Notes: generated from the letters alone by a model not told the origin. Positions 55,022-64,000 are shown, numbered from the stretch's first letter. The stretch: DNA of 64,000 nucleotides from an uncultured Chloroflexia bacterium (GCA_963712745.1 CAVQJC010000020.1:256001-320000), one strand, 5' to 3'. Numbers and translations are program-made.

Positions 55022-55975
55022 TCAGACCACGACCAGCCGCGGTGCCTGACCGACCGACCGGATGGCCGGCTCCACCTCGTCCGGGGCCAGCGCTGGTCCG
55101 GTGATCGCCTCTGGCACCGCCGGTATCAGCCGGTGGGTCGCTTGGGCACGTTCCCCATCGGTGAGGTAGTGGATATCCAGGTCCACACTGCGACCCGGTG
55201 GCCCGTAGCGGTTCTTGGCCACGGTCACGGCCGTGCGTTGGCCGACCACGTCCCGTCCCAGCCGCAGCCAGCTCCGACGCTCCAGTTCCAGCCGCAGACC
55301 GGTGCTCCGGGCCAGTGCCGCCTGTACCGACCCCGCGACCGAGACCGGCTCGAGCACGACGAGGCGGGCACCGACACGACGGGCATGAGCCGCGAGACGG
55401 CGCAACTGGTCGTCGAAGCGCGCGCGCAACCGGACCGGCAGATCCACCACCAGCAGACCCACGCAGCGTCCCGTGAGCAGGGCCCCGGCCAGGCTGAGAC
55501 CCTCCTGGGTATCTGCCGGGCGGATGACCAGCAGCCAGCGCAGGTCGACACCGCGACCGACCGCCTCCACCGGGTCGAAGGCGCGGCCCAGGTCCAGCCA
55601 GGCCACGATATCTCCCGCCGACTGGGCCTCCGCCACAGAGCGCAGCGCCAGCGTGGTCTTGCCGCTGGAGGGTCCGCCACGCAGGACGACGCTGGCCTCC
55701 GGCGGCAGACCCGAAGGCCCGAGGATGGCGTCCAGCGCCGGAAAGCCGGTGGAGATGACGCCCGCGATGGGCGGCTCCGAGGCTGGCTGCGGTGCTCCCG
55801 GGTGGGAGTCCGGGAGCACCGCGAGGGCGAGGGAGCCATGGACGGCCGGAGCCTCTCGACCCGCTGCTACCGCCGACCCGACCGGGCGGCCGTCGCCCAG
55901 CCGGACAGCAGCACTGCCCCAGCGGGTCTGGAGGGTGGCAAGGGCACTTCTGAGAGGCTCTGATGACCGTTCCAT
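55022..55975 (-). CDS. imuA: RecA-like ImuA
   Basis: STGFPALDAILG.SGLP, GGPSSGKTTLAL, AWLDLGRAFDP, GVDL, LLVVD, VAKNRYGPP; precedes imuB. Confidence 0.85.
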   Translation of the reverse strand: MERSSEPLRSALATLQTRWGSAAVRLGDGRPVGSAVAAGREAPAVHGSLALAVLPDSHPGAPQPASEPPIAGVISTGFPALDAILGPSGLPPEASVVLRGGPSSGKTTLALRSVAEAQSAGDIVAWLDLGRAFDPVEAVGRGVDLRWLLVIRPADTQEGLSLAGALLTGRCVGLLVVDLPVRLRARFDDQLRRLAAHARRVGARLVVLEPVSVAGSVQAALARSTGLRLELERRSWLRLGRDVVGQRTAVTVAKNRYGPPGRSVDLDIHYLTDGERAQATHRLIPAVPEAITGPALAPDEVEPAIRSVGQAPRLVVV

Positions 55976-55985
55976 GGCCCGACGA

Positions 55986-56014
55986 ATCATAGAACATCTG
56001 TTCTATTTCTTCAA
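55986..56014 (-). promoter_or_regulatory. imuA promoter with LexA box in the spacer
   Basis: Minus strand TTGAAG-17-TATGAT; ATAGAAC-ATCT-GTTCTAT at 55989-56006. Confidence 0.9.
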
Positions 56015-56059
56015 GTGTCATGTCGCTGTCACCGAACCCCGGGAGACTGCGGCGCTAGC

Positions 56060-56824
56060 ATGAACGTCCTGATGCCTACCCCACAGCCCAATGCCGAGCC
56101 GGCGATCACGACCCGGCCCATCCTCGTCGTCGACGACGACCGCAAGATCGTGGCCCTCGTGCGCGCCTATCTCGAGCGCGAAGGCTTCCATGTCATCACC
56201 GCCTACGACGGCCGGGAGGCCCTCCGCCGGGCGCGCTCGGAGGATCCGGCTCTCATCGTGCTGGACCTGATGCTGCCCGAGATCGACGGTCTCGAGGTCA
56301 TGCGCCTGCTGCGCGCCGACAGCGCCGTACCGGTACTGATGCTGACTGCCCGCAGCTCCCTGCCCGAGCGCATCATCGGCCTCGAGAAGGGCGCCGACGA
56401 CTACCTGCCCAAGCCGTTCAGCCCGGCCGAGCTGGTGGTGCGCGTCAAGGCCGTCCTGCGCCGGGTCAACCAGCCGGCCGCCGCCGTGCCCGCCAAGCCG
56501 GCCTCGGCCATGCTGACCCAGAACGACCTCCTCATCGACACCGAGCGCTACGAGGTCCGCCGCGGTGATGAGCTGGTGCCGCTGACGCCGGTCGAGTTCA
56601 AGCTGCTGGTGACCCTGGTGGCGGCCGACGGACGGGCCCTCACCCGCGACCAGCTGCTCGATGCCGTCTATGGCTCCGATGACGGTGACGTGCTCGACCG
56701 CACCATCGACGTGCACATCGGCCGCCTGCGCGACAAGCTCGACGACGACGCCGAGCGGCCCCGTTACATCATGACCGTGCGCGGCGTGGGCTACCGCGCG
56801 GCGCCGCCACTCACCGAGGCCTAG
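56060..56824 (+). CDS. OmpR-family response regulator
   Basis: ILVVDDD, LDLMLP..DG, LTAR, GADDYLPKPF, DRTIDVHIGRLRDKL, TVRGVGY. Confidence 0.96.
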   Translation: MNVLMPTPQPNAEPAITTRPILVVDDDRKIVALVRAYLEREGFHVITAYDGREALRRARSEDPALIVLDLMLPEIDGLEVMRLLRADSAVPVLMLTARSSLPERIIGLEKGADDYLPKPFSPAELVVRVKAVLRRVNQPAAAVPAKPASAMLTQNDLLIDTERYEVRRGDELVPLTPVEFKLLVTLVAADGRALTRDQLLDAVYGSDDGDVLDRTIDVHIGRLRDKLDDDAERPRYIMTVRGVGYRAAPPLTEA

Positions 56825-56829
56825 CCGCA

Positions 56830-57945
56830 GTGCCCGGGGAGCAGGCCGGCGGACATCGGCCCGCCTTCGGCCGCGGGCTGGCCGTCCGCATCGCCCTGGT
56901 GGGCATCGGCTCGGCACTGGTGGCGGTCGGCATCATCACCGCCGGCGTGCTCATCGTCGGCAGCGAGGCCATGGCCCACCTCATGATGGAGCACGGCGAG
57001 ACCGCGGAGGCCTCGTATGCCATGTTCGACCATTCCATCCGTGACGTGCTCTGGGTGGCCACGGTCATCGCCATCGCCGCGGGCGTCATCCTCGCCATCG
57101 CGCTCTCGCGGATGCTCGCGCGGCCCCTGGCCGAGATCGGCGCTGCAGCCCGGCGGGTGGCGGATGGCGACCTCAGCATCCGCGTTCCGCGGCCGCAGCC
57201 CGACGAGCTGGCCAGCCTGGCCGACTCCTTCAACCAGATGGCCGCCGAGCTCGAGGAGAGCGAGCGGCAGCGGCGTGACATCATCGCCAACACCGCACAC
57301 GAGCTGCGCACGCCACTGACCAACCTGGAGGGCTATCTCGAGGCTATCCGCGACGGCGTCATCGAGCCCGACGCGAGTACCTTCGAATCGCTGCTGGAGG
57401 AGACGGAGCGCCTGGTCAGATTGGCCCGTTCGCTCGACGACCTGGCCCTCGGCGACGCCGCGCACGTGCGTGCGCGGCCGGTGGAGGTCGACCTGGCGCT
57501 GCAGCTGGCCGCGGCGGCAGAACTGGCGCGACCAGCCTTCGAGGCCCGGCGCCTGGCACTCGTGCGCGACTGGCCGGAGCGGCTGCCAGCCAGGGCCGAT
57601 CCCGACCAGTTCTCGCAGGTCCTCAACAACCTGCTCCAGAACGCGGCCCGCTACGCGCCCGAAGGCGGCGGCGTCACGCTCAGTGCCGAGAACCGCGATG
57701 ACACCGTGCTGGTGAGCATCAGCAACAGCGGTGAGGGCATCCCGCCGGAAGATCTGCCCCACGTCTTCGAGCGCTTCTACCGTGTCGAGAAATCACGCGA
57801 CCGGGCGCTCGGCGGCGCCGGCATCGGCCTGGCCATCGTCAAGCAGCTGGTGGAGGGCTGGGGTGGCCGCGTGGGGGCCGAGTCGGCGTCAGGCCGCACG
57901 CGCTTCTGGTTCAGCCTGCCGCAGGGGCGTAGATCGGCCTACTGA
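56830..57945 (+). CDS. HAMP-domain sensor histidine kinase (BaeS-like)
   Basis: 2 TM, HAMP, AHELRTPLT, NLLQNA, FERFYRVEKSR, GAGIGLAIVK. Confidence 0.95.
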   Translation: MPGEQAGGHRPAFGRGLAVRIALVGIGSALVAVGIITAGVLIVGSEAMAHLMMEHGETAEASYAMFDHSIRDVLWVATVIAIAAGVILAIALSRMLARPLAEIGAAARRVADGDLSIRVPRPQPDELASLADSFNQMAAELEESERQRRDIIANTAHELRTPLTNLEGYLEAIRDGVIEPDASTFESLLEETERLVRLARSLDDLALGDAAHVRARPVEVDLALQLAAAAELARPAFEARRLALVRDWPERLPARADPDQFSQVLNNLLQNAARYAPEGGGVTLSAENRDDTVLVSISNSGEGIPPEDLPHVFERFYRVEKSRDRALGGAGIGLAIVKQLVEGWGGRVGAESASGRTRFWFSLPQGRRSAY

Positions 57946-58019
57946 TACCGGTATCCGCGCTCCAAGTCGGACTCCACCGAGCGTGCCGGCCTTATCACCG
58001 TGACGCAGCGCGAAGACGG

Positions 58020-58574
58020 TCACTCGGCGGGCAGGTCGGGCATCTCGGCGGGGATGATGACGCCGTTGATGGGCTTGAGTCCGCGGAACGCGAAGGACCC
58101 ATCGGTGTAGAGGATGGCCGTCAGGCCTTCGTAGCCACCAGCCCCGGTGAGGACGAGCTGCTCGATGTCGATGCTCGCCCCGGCGTCATCTCCGTCCGTG
58201 CTGACGTTGGTGCCGGTCCCGGACCACGATCCGCTGTCGTTGGCGATCTCCAGCTCCGTGGTCAGCACCCAGAAGCCGTCGTACGCTCGCTCGCTCCTGA
58301 CGGCAGAGCCGGTGCCGGTGAGGCGCGGGTCGTCCATGACGAAGCCGATGCAATCGGCCCAGACGAAGGAGCCGTCTCCGGGGTCACCCTCGGTCACGGC
58401 GAAGTCCCCTTCCGGCTCGCACGGCTCACTCGCGCCGCCGATCGGATCGAAGCTTCCGCTCACGACGGCTCCCGCTTGGTCGGCCCCGTCGTCCTGCGCC
58501 GCGACCCCGACCGCCGAACCGGCCAGCAGGCCGATGGCGAGGATGGAGATGGTGGTGGTCTTGACAGCCCGCAC
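58020..58574 (-). CDS. Secreted hypothetical protein (DPRLxGT...GxGGYxGLTAI family)
   Basis: Signal peptide KTTTISILAIGLLAGSAVGVAA-Q; DDPRLTGT, NDSGSWSG, LTGAGGYEGLTAI; GGAGGG RBS before GTG. Confidence 0.75.
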   Translation of the reverse strand: MRAVKTTTISILAIGLLAGSAVGVAAQDDGADQAGAVVSGSFDPIGGASEPCEPEGDFAVTEGDPGDGSFVWADCIGFVMDDPRLTGTGSAVRSERAYDGFWVLTTELEIANDSGSWSGTGTNVSTDGDDAGASIDIEQLVLTGAGGYEGLTAILYTDGSFAFRGLKPINGVIIPAEMPDLPAE

Positions 58575-58949
58575 GGGACCCTCCATTCCCCCCATGGTGC
58601 ATCCAGGGACGGACGAGCCATCTGCTGTCCGTCGTGCCGGAGCGAGGGGTCAGGATATCAACGCGGTCCAGTGGCTCGGAGTGACTCAGGCGGCCGGCGT
58701 ACCCGAGTCGGACTGCTGGCAGAGCTGTTGGTCGTGGTGCTGGGGTCTGGGGTCTGGGGTGGTGGCGCAGGGGCCGTCGCCCGAGGCGACGGCGCTCGAT
58801 GCGCCTGAGGACATCGATTCCCTGCGGCCCGCCGGCTACTGCTTCATGCTCAGGACATGACCACCGGACGGCATCGGACAGAGAGGTCCGTTCGGTGCAG
58901 CCTGCCGCAGCGTCGCGCGACCGATCCCGGAGCTTCGCGCTGACCCGGT

Positions 58950-59708
58950 TCAGTCCTCGGCCGCGACGGCCTCCTCCACGCGGCGCTTGATGCCCAGCAT
59001 CTGACTGCGCATCAGCGCGAATACGCCTACGGACAGGAGCGGGAAGCCGCGACGCTGGATGCCGTTGACGTCCTCGATGCGGAAACGCAAGCGCTCGATG
59101 AGGCGGGTCCGCCCGCCCGCAACCTCCTCCAGCTCGAAGGCCCAGCTGACCTGATAGGGCGGCATGTCGAAGTCAGCGCCAGCGGGGACATCGGCGTCGT
59201 CGAGGCGGTCCGCCACCAGCTCCTCGACCTGCTCGCGCATCATGGAGTCGTCGATGAACAGCACGAGCGCCTCACCGGGCTCGACGACCCTGGCCGCGAA
59301 GCCCCCATGCGGGTGCGTCGGTACGAGGTCGCCCACGGCCAGGTCCTGGAACTCCTCGAGGATCTCGTCGGCGCTCTCGCCCGTGGCCCCGCCGCCCGGG
59401 CTCCAGGGCCGATCGAGCGGGGCATAGCTGTACCAGCCGCCCCGACCGTAGCCGAGCTGCGCCAGCCAGGGCCAGACCTGGTCCGGGCTCGCATCGATGT
59501 CGACGGCGCGGGTCTCCACGACATCGGCATCCGGCACCAGCTCGTCGCCGGCGAAGCTCCGCTGGTCGCCGCCCTTCAGGACCCCCCACGTCCGATGCAG
59601 GGAGCGCAGCTGCACCAAGTAGGCGGCGCCCATGCCCGCGGAGAACGCGAGCGACATCAACTTGATGAGCACGATGGCCTTGAAAGCGAACCTGATCAGG
59701 CGGAACAC
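58950..59708 (-). CDS. Hypothetical SRPBCC-like membrane-associated protein
   Basis: TRAVDIDASPDQVWPWLAQLGYGRGGWYSY, SWAFEL...GRTRLIER, MLGIKRRVE. Confidence 0.75.
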   Translation of the reverse strand: MFRLIRFAFKAIVLIKLMSLAFSAGMGAAYLVQLRSLHRTWGVLKGGDQRSFAGDELVPDADVVETRAVDIDASPDQVWPWLAQLGYGRGGWYSYAPLDRPWSPGGGATGESADEILEEFQDLAVGDLVPTHPHGGFAARVVEPGEALVLFIDDSMMREQVEELVADRLDDADVPAGADFDMPPYQVSWAFELEEVAGGRTRLIERLRFRIEDVNGIQRRGFPLLSVGVFALMRSQMLGIKRRVEEAVAAED

Positions 59709-59841
59709 GGGTGGCCTCCTCGCTCGACTCTGGACGTCCCGATGCTACTCCCCGGCCCGCGCCCGGGAACGTGTCATTCGGGCCCTTCCCGAACGCCAGG
59801 GGTATACTTCGGCCGCCGAGTGGCCGTGGGCCACGCTCAGT

Positions 59842-59917
59842 GGGGATGTAGCTCAGCTGGGAGAGCGCTGCGTTCGCATCGCAGAGGCCAGGGGTTCGAG
59901 TCCCCTCATCTCCACCA
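59842..59917 (+). tRNA. tRNA-Ala(CGC)
   Basis: GGGGATG...CATCTCC-ACCA, 76 nt, G3:U70, anticodon loop TTCGCAT, TTCGAGT T-loop. Confidence 0.97.
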
Positions 59918-59976
59918 CTCATTTCCCTGGCACCGTACCGTCACGATGTGGCTCGCCGCCCTGGGGATGGTGCGGG

Positions 59977-60801
59977 CTACGGCGACCCCCAAGTGTGGCG
60001 AGGCTCGTACCCGAGGAGCTCGCGAGCATGGTCGATGGCCAGCAGGGTCTGGCGGCCTGCGAGCCTGGCGCGCAACGGCACCGATGGATAGACCTCGGCC
60101 ATGAGGTCCGCACTGTCGCGCCTCATGACGGTGTCGGCGGCAGCGATGATCGCGATCTCGGATCCGCTCACGGGGGCCACAAGGCTCGACTCGCAGGCCA
60201 TCGCTACGTCGCGCGCATCGACGTAGCCCCACAGGTTCCAACGCCGGAGGGTGGCATCGCCCTGGTAGCTCTGGAAGGCCTCGTAATCGGCCGGCTCCAT
60301 GATGTTGGAGATGCGCAGGCCGACGTACGGTGTGCCGGTCCGGCGCGCGAACTGGCCCGCCATGGTCTCGCCGGCCAGCTTGGCGAGAGCGTACGAGGAC
60401 TCGGGACGAGCCGGATGTGATTCGTCGATGGGGGCGAATGCAGGTGGCGTATCGAACGGCAGCCCCAGGACCGTCTCACTCGAGGCATAGACCACCCGCG
60501 ACAAGCCATGCGATTCCGCGGCCGCGAAGACGTTGAAGGTCGAGAGCGTGTTGATGCGGAACGTCTCGGCGGGTGGCCGGAGCTCCGGAGCCGGGATGGC
60601 CGCGAAGTGGACCACGGCGTCAGCGCCAGCCAGGGCCTCGTAGCACTGGCCGGGATCGGTCAGGTCAGCCACGAGGCAGAGGCCGTGGGCACTGCCATCG
60701 TGCTTCAGGTCGACGTTGAGGACGTCATGGCCGACCTCGCGCAGACGAGCCACGACCCAGCGCCCGCCCTTGCCGGTGCCTCCGGTGACGACGATCCTCA
60801 T
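59977..60801 (-). CDS. NAD-dependent epimerase/dehydratase (extended SDR)
   Basis: VVTGGTGKGG, VVHFAA, YASS, YALAK (YxxxK), WGYVDARD. Confidence 0.92.
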   Translation of the reverse strand: MRIVVTGGTGKGGRWVVARLREVGHDVLNVDLKHDGSAHGLCLVADLTDPGQCYEALAGADAVVHFAAIPAPELRPPAETFRINTLSTFNVFAAAESHGLSRVVYASSETVLGLPFDTPPAFAPIDESHPARPESSYALAKLAGETMAGQFARRTGTPYVGLRISNIMEPADYEAFQSYQGDATLRRWNLWGYVDARDVAMACESSLVAPVSGSEIAIIAAADTVMRRDSADLMAEVYPSVPLRARLAGRQTLLAIDHARELLGYEPRHTWGSP

Positions 60802-61120
60802 GGTCGGACCAGTTCCTCGAAATAGCCACACCGGAGCAGCGTTGGATCGCAGGACGGATGGACCCACTCGGTCTCCATGCACTCAGTATGTGGCACACGG
60901 CCCCGTGGTACGTGGCCGGCGATGTCCGATGTCCGACGTCCGGTGCCACCATGGTTGACGTGATCCGTCATCGCTCGAACACTGTGGGACGGGGTCGGCC
61001 GGCTCCACGCCGAAGCAGAGGGCCACATTCGATGACAGCCGCAGCCAACGCCCCTGCCGGGCGCGACCTCGACAACGGCCTCCGCCCGGGCCCACGTCGG
61101 GCCACCACGGAAGCTCATCG

Positions 61121-61639
61121 GTGGCCATGATGCATCGGACGCTCAGCGTGTTCACCGCCTTGGCGCTCGGGGTCGCGAGCGCGTGCGCCGGGGATCCCGG
61201 CCCGGCCACGGAAGCGGATGCCTCGCTGGGCGTAGAGCCGACCGCGGTCGAGGCCAGCGCATCGCCGGACCCCAGTCCCACCGCTGAGCCGTCCATGGAC
61301 CCCGAAGGCGAAGTGTGCCTGCGCGTGACCGAGGTCGAACAGCGTCTGGCCGCGCTGCGGTCGGTCGAGCTGCTCCTGCCGAATCGCGTCGCGCTGGATA
61401 TCGAGCTCGACAAGCTCACGTCCGCCTACCGCGAACTGGAGGATGCCGAGCTGGGTGAGCGGGCCGAGGAGCTGGAGCGGTCCCTGACCCGGCTGGGGTA
61501 CCGCCTCGGCGAGCTGGAGCTGGCGGTCGAGGACTTCCGCACCACCAACCGCCCGCGTCGCGCTGCGCCGCACGTGGAGGAGGACTCGCAGAAGGTCGCC
61601 GACGAGCTGGCCGCGTTCGTCATCCTCTCGCGCTGCTGA
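61121..61639 (+). CDS. Hypothetical lipoprotein
   Basis: Lipobox-like VASAC, Pro/Ser/Thr linker, helical domain flanked by Cys residues. Confidence 0.7.
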   Translation: MAMMHRTLSVFTALALGVASACAGDPGPATEADASLGVEPTAVEASASPDPSPTAEPSMDPEGEVCLRVTEVEQRLAALRSVELLLPNRVALDIELDKLTSAYRELEDAELGERAEELERSLTRLGYRLGELELAVEDFRTTNRPRRAAPHVEEDSQKVADELAAFVILSRC

Positions 61640-61650
61640 GCAGGGTCCGG

Positions 61651-61712
61651 GCCGCACCCCGCGGGATCGGCCGCACCCCGCCGGATCGGACGCGCCCCGC
61701 CGGATCGGACGC
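61651..61712. repeat. 19-bp tandem repeat, about 3.3 copies
   Basis: GCCGCACCCCGCGGGATCG / GCCGCACCCCGCCGGATCG / GACGCGCCCCGCCGGATCG / GACGC. Confidence 0.85.
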
Positions 61713-61718
61713 CCGCAG

Positions 61719-62441
61719 CTAATCCAGCGCTGCGCGGACCTCCGTGGCGTGGTCCCGCAGCCAGCGGCGCGCCTCGGGCGTACGCGGAGCATGCCGTTCG
61801 ACCAATGCCCAGAAGCGACGGGTGTGCCCCCGGATGTGCAGGTGAGCCAGCTCGTGGACCACGACTGCATCGAGCACGAACGGCGGCGCCAGGAGCAGGC
61901 GCCAGCTGAACGAGAGCGCCCCGCTCGTCGAGGCCGAGGCCCAGCGGCTGGACTGGTCACGGATGCTGAGATGGCCGGCCCGGACCTCCATCTCGATGGC
62001 CCTGGCCGCCACCCGTTGCCTGATGACCGCCCGCGCCCGCTCGCGCAGCCAGGCTTCCAGCAGCTCGGCCGTGCCTCGCCCGTCGCGGCCAAGGCGCACG
62101 ACGAGGCCGGCGGGGATCGGCTCCACGCGCCCTCGCACGGGACGGACTGCAGCAACGACCGCTGAGATGCGGAGAGGCTCCCCGGCCACCTCCAGCACGC
62201 GTCCCTCCCCCAGCGGCGGCCGTGCCGCCAGCCGATCGCGCTCGTCGTCGATCCGGCCGATGTGCCGGTCGAGCCAATCGGCATGCTGCCCCACCAGACG
62301 CTCGGCCTCGGCCAGGGGCATGCGGCGCGGCAGGACCACCACCGCCTCGCCGTCGCGGCTCACGGTCAGCCGGGCTCGACGGGCACGGTCTGAGCGGCGC
62401 ACGCGGTAGGCGTGCCGGTCGGTCGTCACGTCAGCGCCCAT
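61719..62441 (-). CDS. YgjP/SprT-like (DUF45) zinc metallohydrolase
   Basis: VRRSDRARRARL, IRDQSSRWASAS, FSWRL, VVVHELAHL..GHTRRFW. Confidence 0.88.
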   Translation of the reverse strand: MGADVTTDRHAYRVRRSDRARRARLTVSRDGEAVVVLPRRMPLAEAERLVGQHADWLDRHIGRIDDERDRLAARPPLGEGRVLEVAGEPLRISAVVAAVRPVRGRVEPIPAGLVVRLGRDGRGTAELLEAWLRERARAVIRQRVAARAIEMEVRAGHLSIRDQSSRWASASTSGALSFSWRLLLAPPFVLDAVVVHELAHLHIRGHTRRFWALVERHAPRTPEARRWLRDHATEVRAALD

Positions 62442-62582
62442 GCAGTCACGCGTCTCATCGTACGCGGGGCACCCGCAGCCGCGCCACGGGCTGGCCGCTG
62501 GCCTCACCTCGGCCGCGCGATCTACGGGCGCCCGGCAAGACCAATCGCCACGATGGCGAGGATTCGGTATGATGCGGAACAC

Positions 62583-62658
62583 GGGGCGATAGCTCAGCTG
62601 GGAGAGCATCTGCATGGCATGCAGAAGGTCCGGGGTTCAAGTCCCCGTCGCTCCACCA
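62583..62658 (+). tRNA. tRNA-Ala(GGC)
   Basis: GGGGCGA...TCGCTCC-ACCA, 76 nt, anticodon loop ATGGCAT; TATGAT -10 just upstream. Confidence 0.97.
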
Positions 62659-62673
62659 CCCGAACCTCAATGC

Positions 62674-62703
62674 GGACCCCCGTCATCGACGGGGGTCTTG
62701 TCA
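62674..62703 (+). terminator. Intrinsic terminator after tRNA-Ala
   Basis: GACCCCCGTC-ATC-GACGGGGGTC followed by TTGTCATT. Confidence 0.7.
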
Positions 62704-62745
62704 TTCCGGGGATAGATGAAGCAGGCAGACCGTGAGGTTCCACGC

Positions 62746-64000
62746 ATGACCAGCCCCGCCCAGGACGGCGACGCCACCCGCTCCTCGGTCGACCGCTACG
62801 ACGCGGCGGCCATCGAGCCCCACTGGCAACAGCGCTGGGAAGAGCTCCGCCTCCACTACACCGATCTGACTGACGATTCGCGGCCGGGCTACTACCTGCT
62901 GACGATGTACCCCTACCCCTCGGGCGACCTTCATATCGGCCACTGGTACATCAAGACACCGACCGACGCTCGCTCGCGTTTCATGCGCATGAACGGCTAC
63001 AACGTCTTCTTCCCCATCGGTTTCGACGCCTTCGGCTTGCCCGCCGAGAACGCGGCCATCAAGAGCGGCATCCATCCCGCGACCTGGACCATGCGCAACG
63101 TCGAGAACATGCGGACGCAACTGCGCTCCATGGGCGCGACCTTCGACTGGGACGCAGAGGTCGTGACCTGTCAGCCCGACTACTACCGCTGGAACCAGTG
63201 GTTCTTCCTGCAGTTCATGAAGGCCGGCCTGGCCTATCGCAAGATGGCGCCGGTGGACTGGTGCCCCAACGACCAGGTCGTGCTCGCACGGGAACAGGTG
63301 GAGGGCGCCGACCGGGTCTGCTGGCGCTGCGGCACGCCGGTCATCAAGCGTGACCTGGAGCAGTGGTTCTTCCGCATCACCAAGTACGCCGACGAACTGC
63401 TCGACTTCAGTGGGCTCGACTGGCCGGAACCGGTCCGCCTCATGCAGACCAACTGGATCGGCCGTTCCGAAGGCGCCGACGTCATCTTCCACACGGCCCC
63501 CTCCGGCCACCACGAAGGCGGCCAGGAGCTGCGCGTCTTCACCACCCGCCCCGACACGCTCTTCGGTGCCACCTTCATGGTGCTCGCGCCCGAGCATCCG
63601 CTGGTCGACGAGTTGACCGCGCCCGGGCAGAGGGAGACCGTGGAGTCCTACGTCGCCCGTGCCCGTCGCGAGACCGAGATCGAGCGCCTCTCCACCGACC
63701 GCGAGAAGACCGGCGTGCCTCTCGGTGCAGACGCCATCAACCCCGTCAACGGCGAACGCATACCCATCTGGATCGCCGACTACGTGCTCCTGACCTACGG
63801 CACCGGCGCCATCATGGCCGTACCCGGGCACGACGAACGCGACTTCGAGTTCGCGACCCAGTTCGGCATCCCCATCCGTCGCGTGGTGGCCGGCCCCGAC
63901 GATGCCGACGACGCCCCGCTCGACGAGGCCTACCCGGCCAAGGACGAGAACGCACGCCTGGTCGACTCGGGCCCCTACAGTGGCCTGCCCTGGGCGGACG
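62746..64000 (+). CDS. leuS: Leucine--tRNA ligase, runs off the window (absent from the ORF track)
   Basis: MYPYPSGDLHIGH (HIGH), GFDAFGLPAENAAI, MQTNWIGRSEG, VFTTRPDTLFG, YGTGAIMAVPGHDERD. Confidence 0.97.
   Translation, partial: MTSPAQDGDATRSSVDRYDAAAIEPHWQQRWEELRLHYTDLTDDSRPGYYLLTMYPYPSGDLHIGHWYIKTPTDARSRFMRMNGYNVFFPIGFDAFGLPAENAAIKSGIHPATWTMRNVENMRTQLRSMGATFDWDAEVVTCQPDYYRWNQWFFLQFMKAGLAYRKMAPVDWCPNDQVVLAREQVEGADRVCWRCGTPVIKRDLEQWFFRITKYADELLDFSGLDWPEPVRLMQTNWIGRSEGADVIFHTAPSGHHEGGQELRVFTTRPDTLFGATFMVLAPEHPLVDELTAPGQRETVESYVARARRETEIERLSTDREKTGVPLGADAINPVNGERIPIWIADYVLLTYGTGAIMAVPGHDERDFEFATQFGIPIRRVVAGPDDADDAPLDEAYPAKDENARLVDSGPYSGLPWAD

Noticed and set aside
61651-61712. CRISPR array (also considered the 45.2-45.5 kb repeats)
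   Set aside because: No unique spacers and no cas genes; the 45 kb repeats encode a Pro/Thr linker.
59842-62658. Integrated element bounded by two tRNA-Ala genes
   Set aside because: Both tRNAs are complete with different anticodons and acceptor stems; no integrase or duplicated 3' tRNA fragment was seen.
62659-62745. T-box riboswitch upstream of leuS
   Set aside because: The gap is under 90 bp with no T-box consensus; the hairpin is best explained as the tRNA terminator.

Overview
High-GC bacterial chromosomal segment, mostly core genome. A Chloroflexota-like origin is inferred from GAAC-N4-GTTC LexA boxes, a CIRCE/hrcA locus, a DUF5679-type small protein and the style of the secreted proteins; it is not proven. 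Gene order: ycaQ/alkZ-like glycosylase (5'-truncated); a structured intergenic region with its own promoter; ABC-2 exporter; a TetR-headed OSB menaquinone operon (menF-D-H-B-A-C-E-[alpha/beta hydrolase]-menG, no menI); Rrf2; three tandem GT-A glycosyltransferase paralogues directly behind hrcA-grpE-dnaK (no dnaJ here); L-rhamnose isomerase; VanY-like peptidase; hemW; lepA; rpsT with a long K/A/S/T-rich tail; eno-pgk-gap; ROK; nucleoside phosphorylase; gmhA-like; a LacI-regulated sugar ABC locus with many extra-base frameshifts (probably sequencing error); a large lamin-tail/OB-fold surface protein; a LexA-regulated imuA-imuB-imuB-C / dnaE2 cassette split by a degenerate M23 gene; a two-component system; two tRNA-Ala; and leuS (3'-truncated). 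No CRISPR array, transposase or integrase was seen. Best leads: the candidate sRNA at about 1.1-1.3 kb, a candidate MenI replacement, the GT triplet behind dnaK, and the split mutasome cassette. All family assignments come from motif recognition by eye; no database searches were run.
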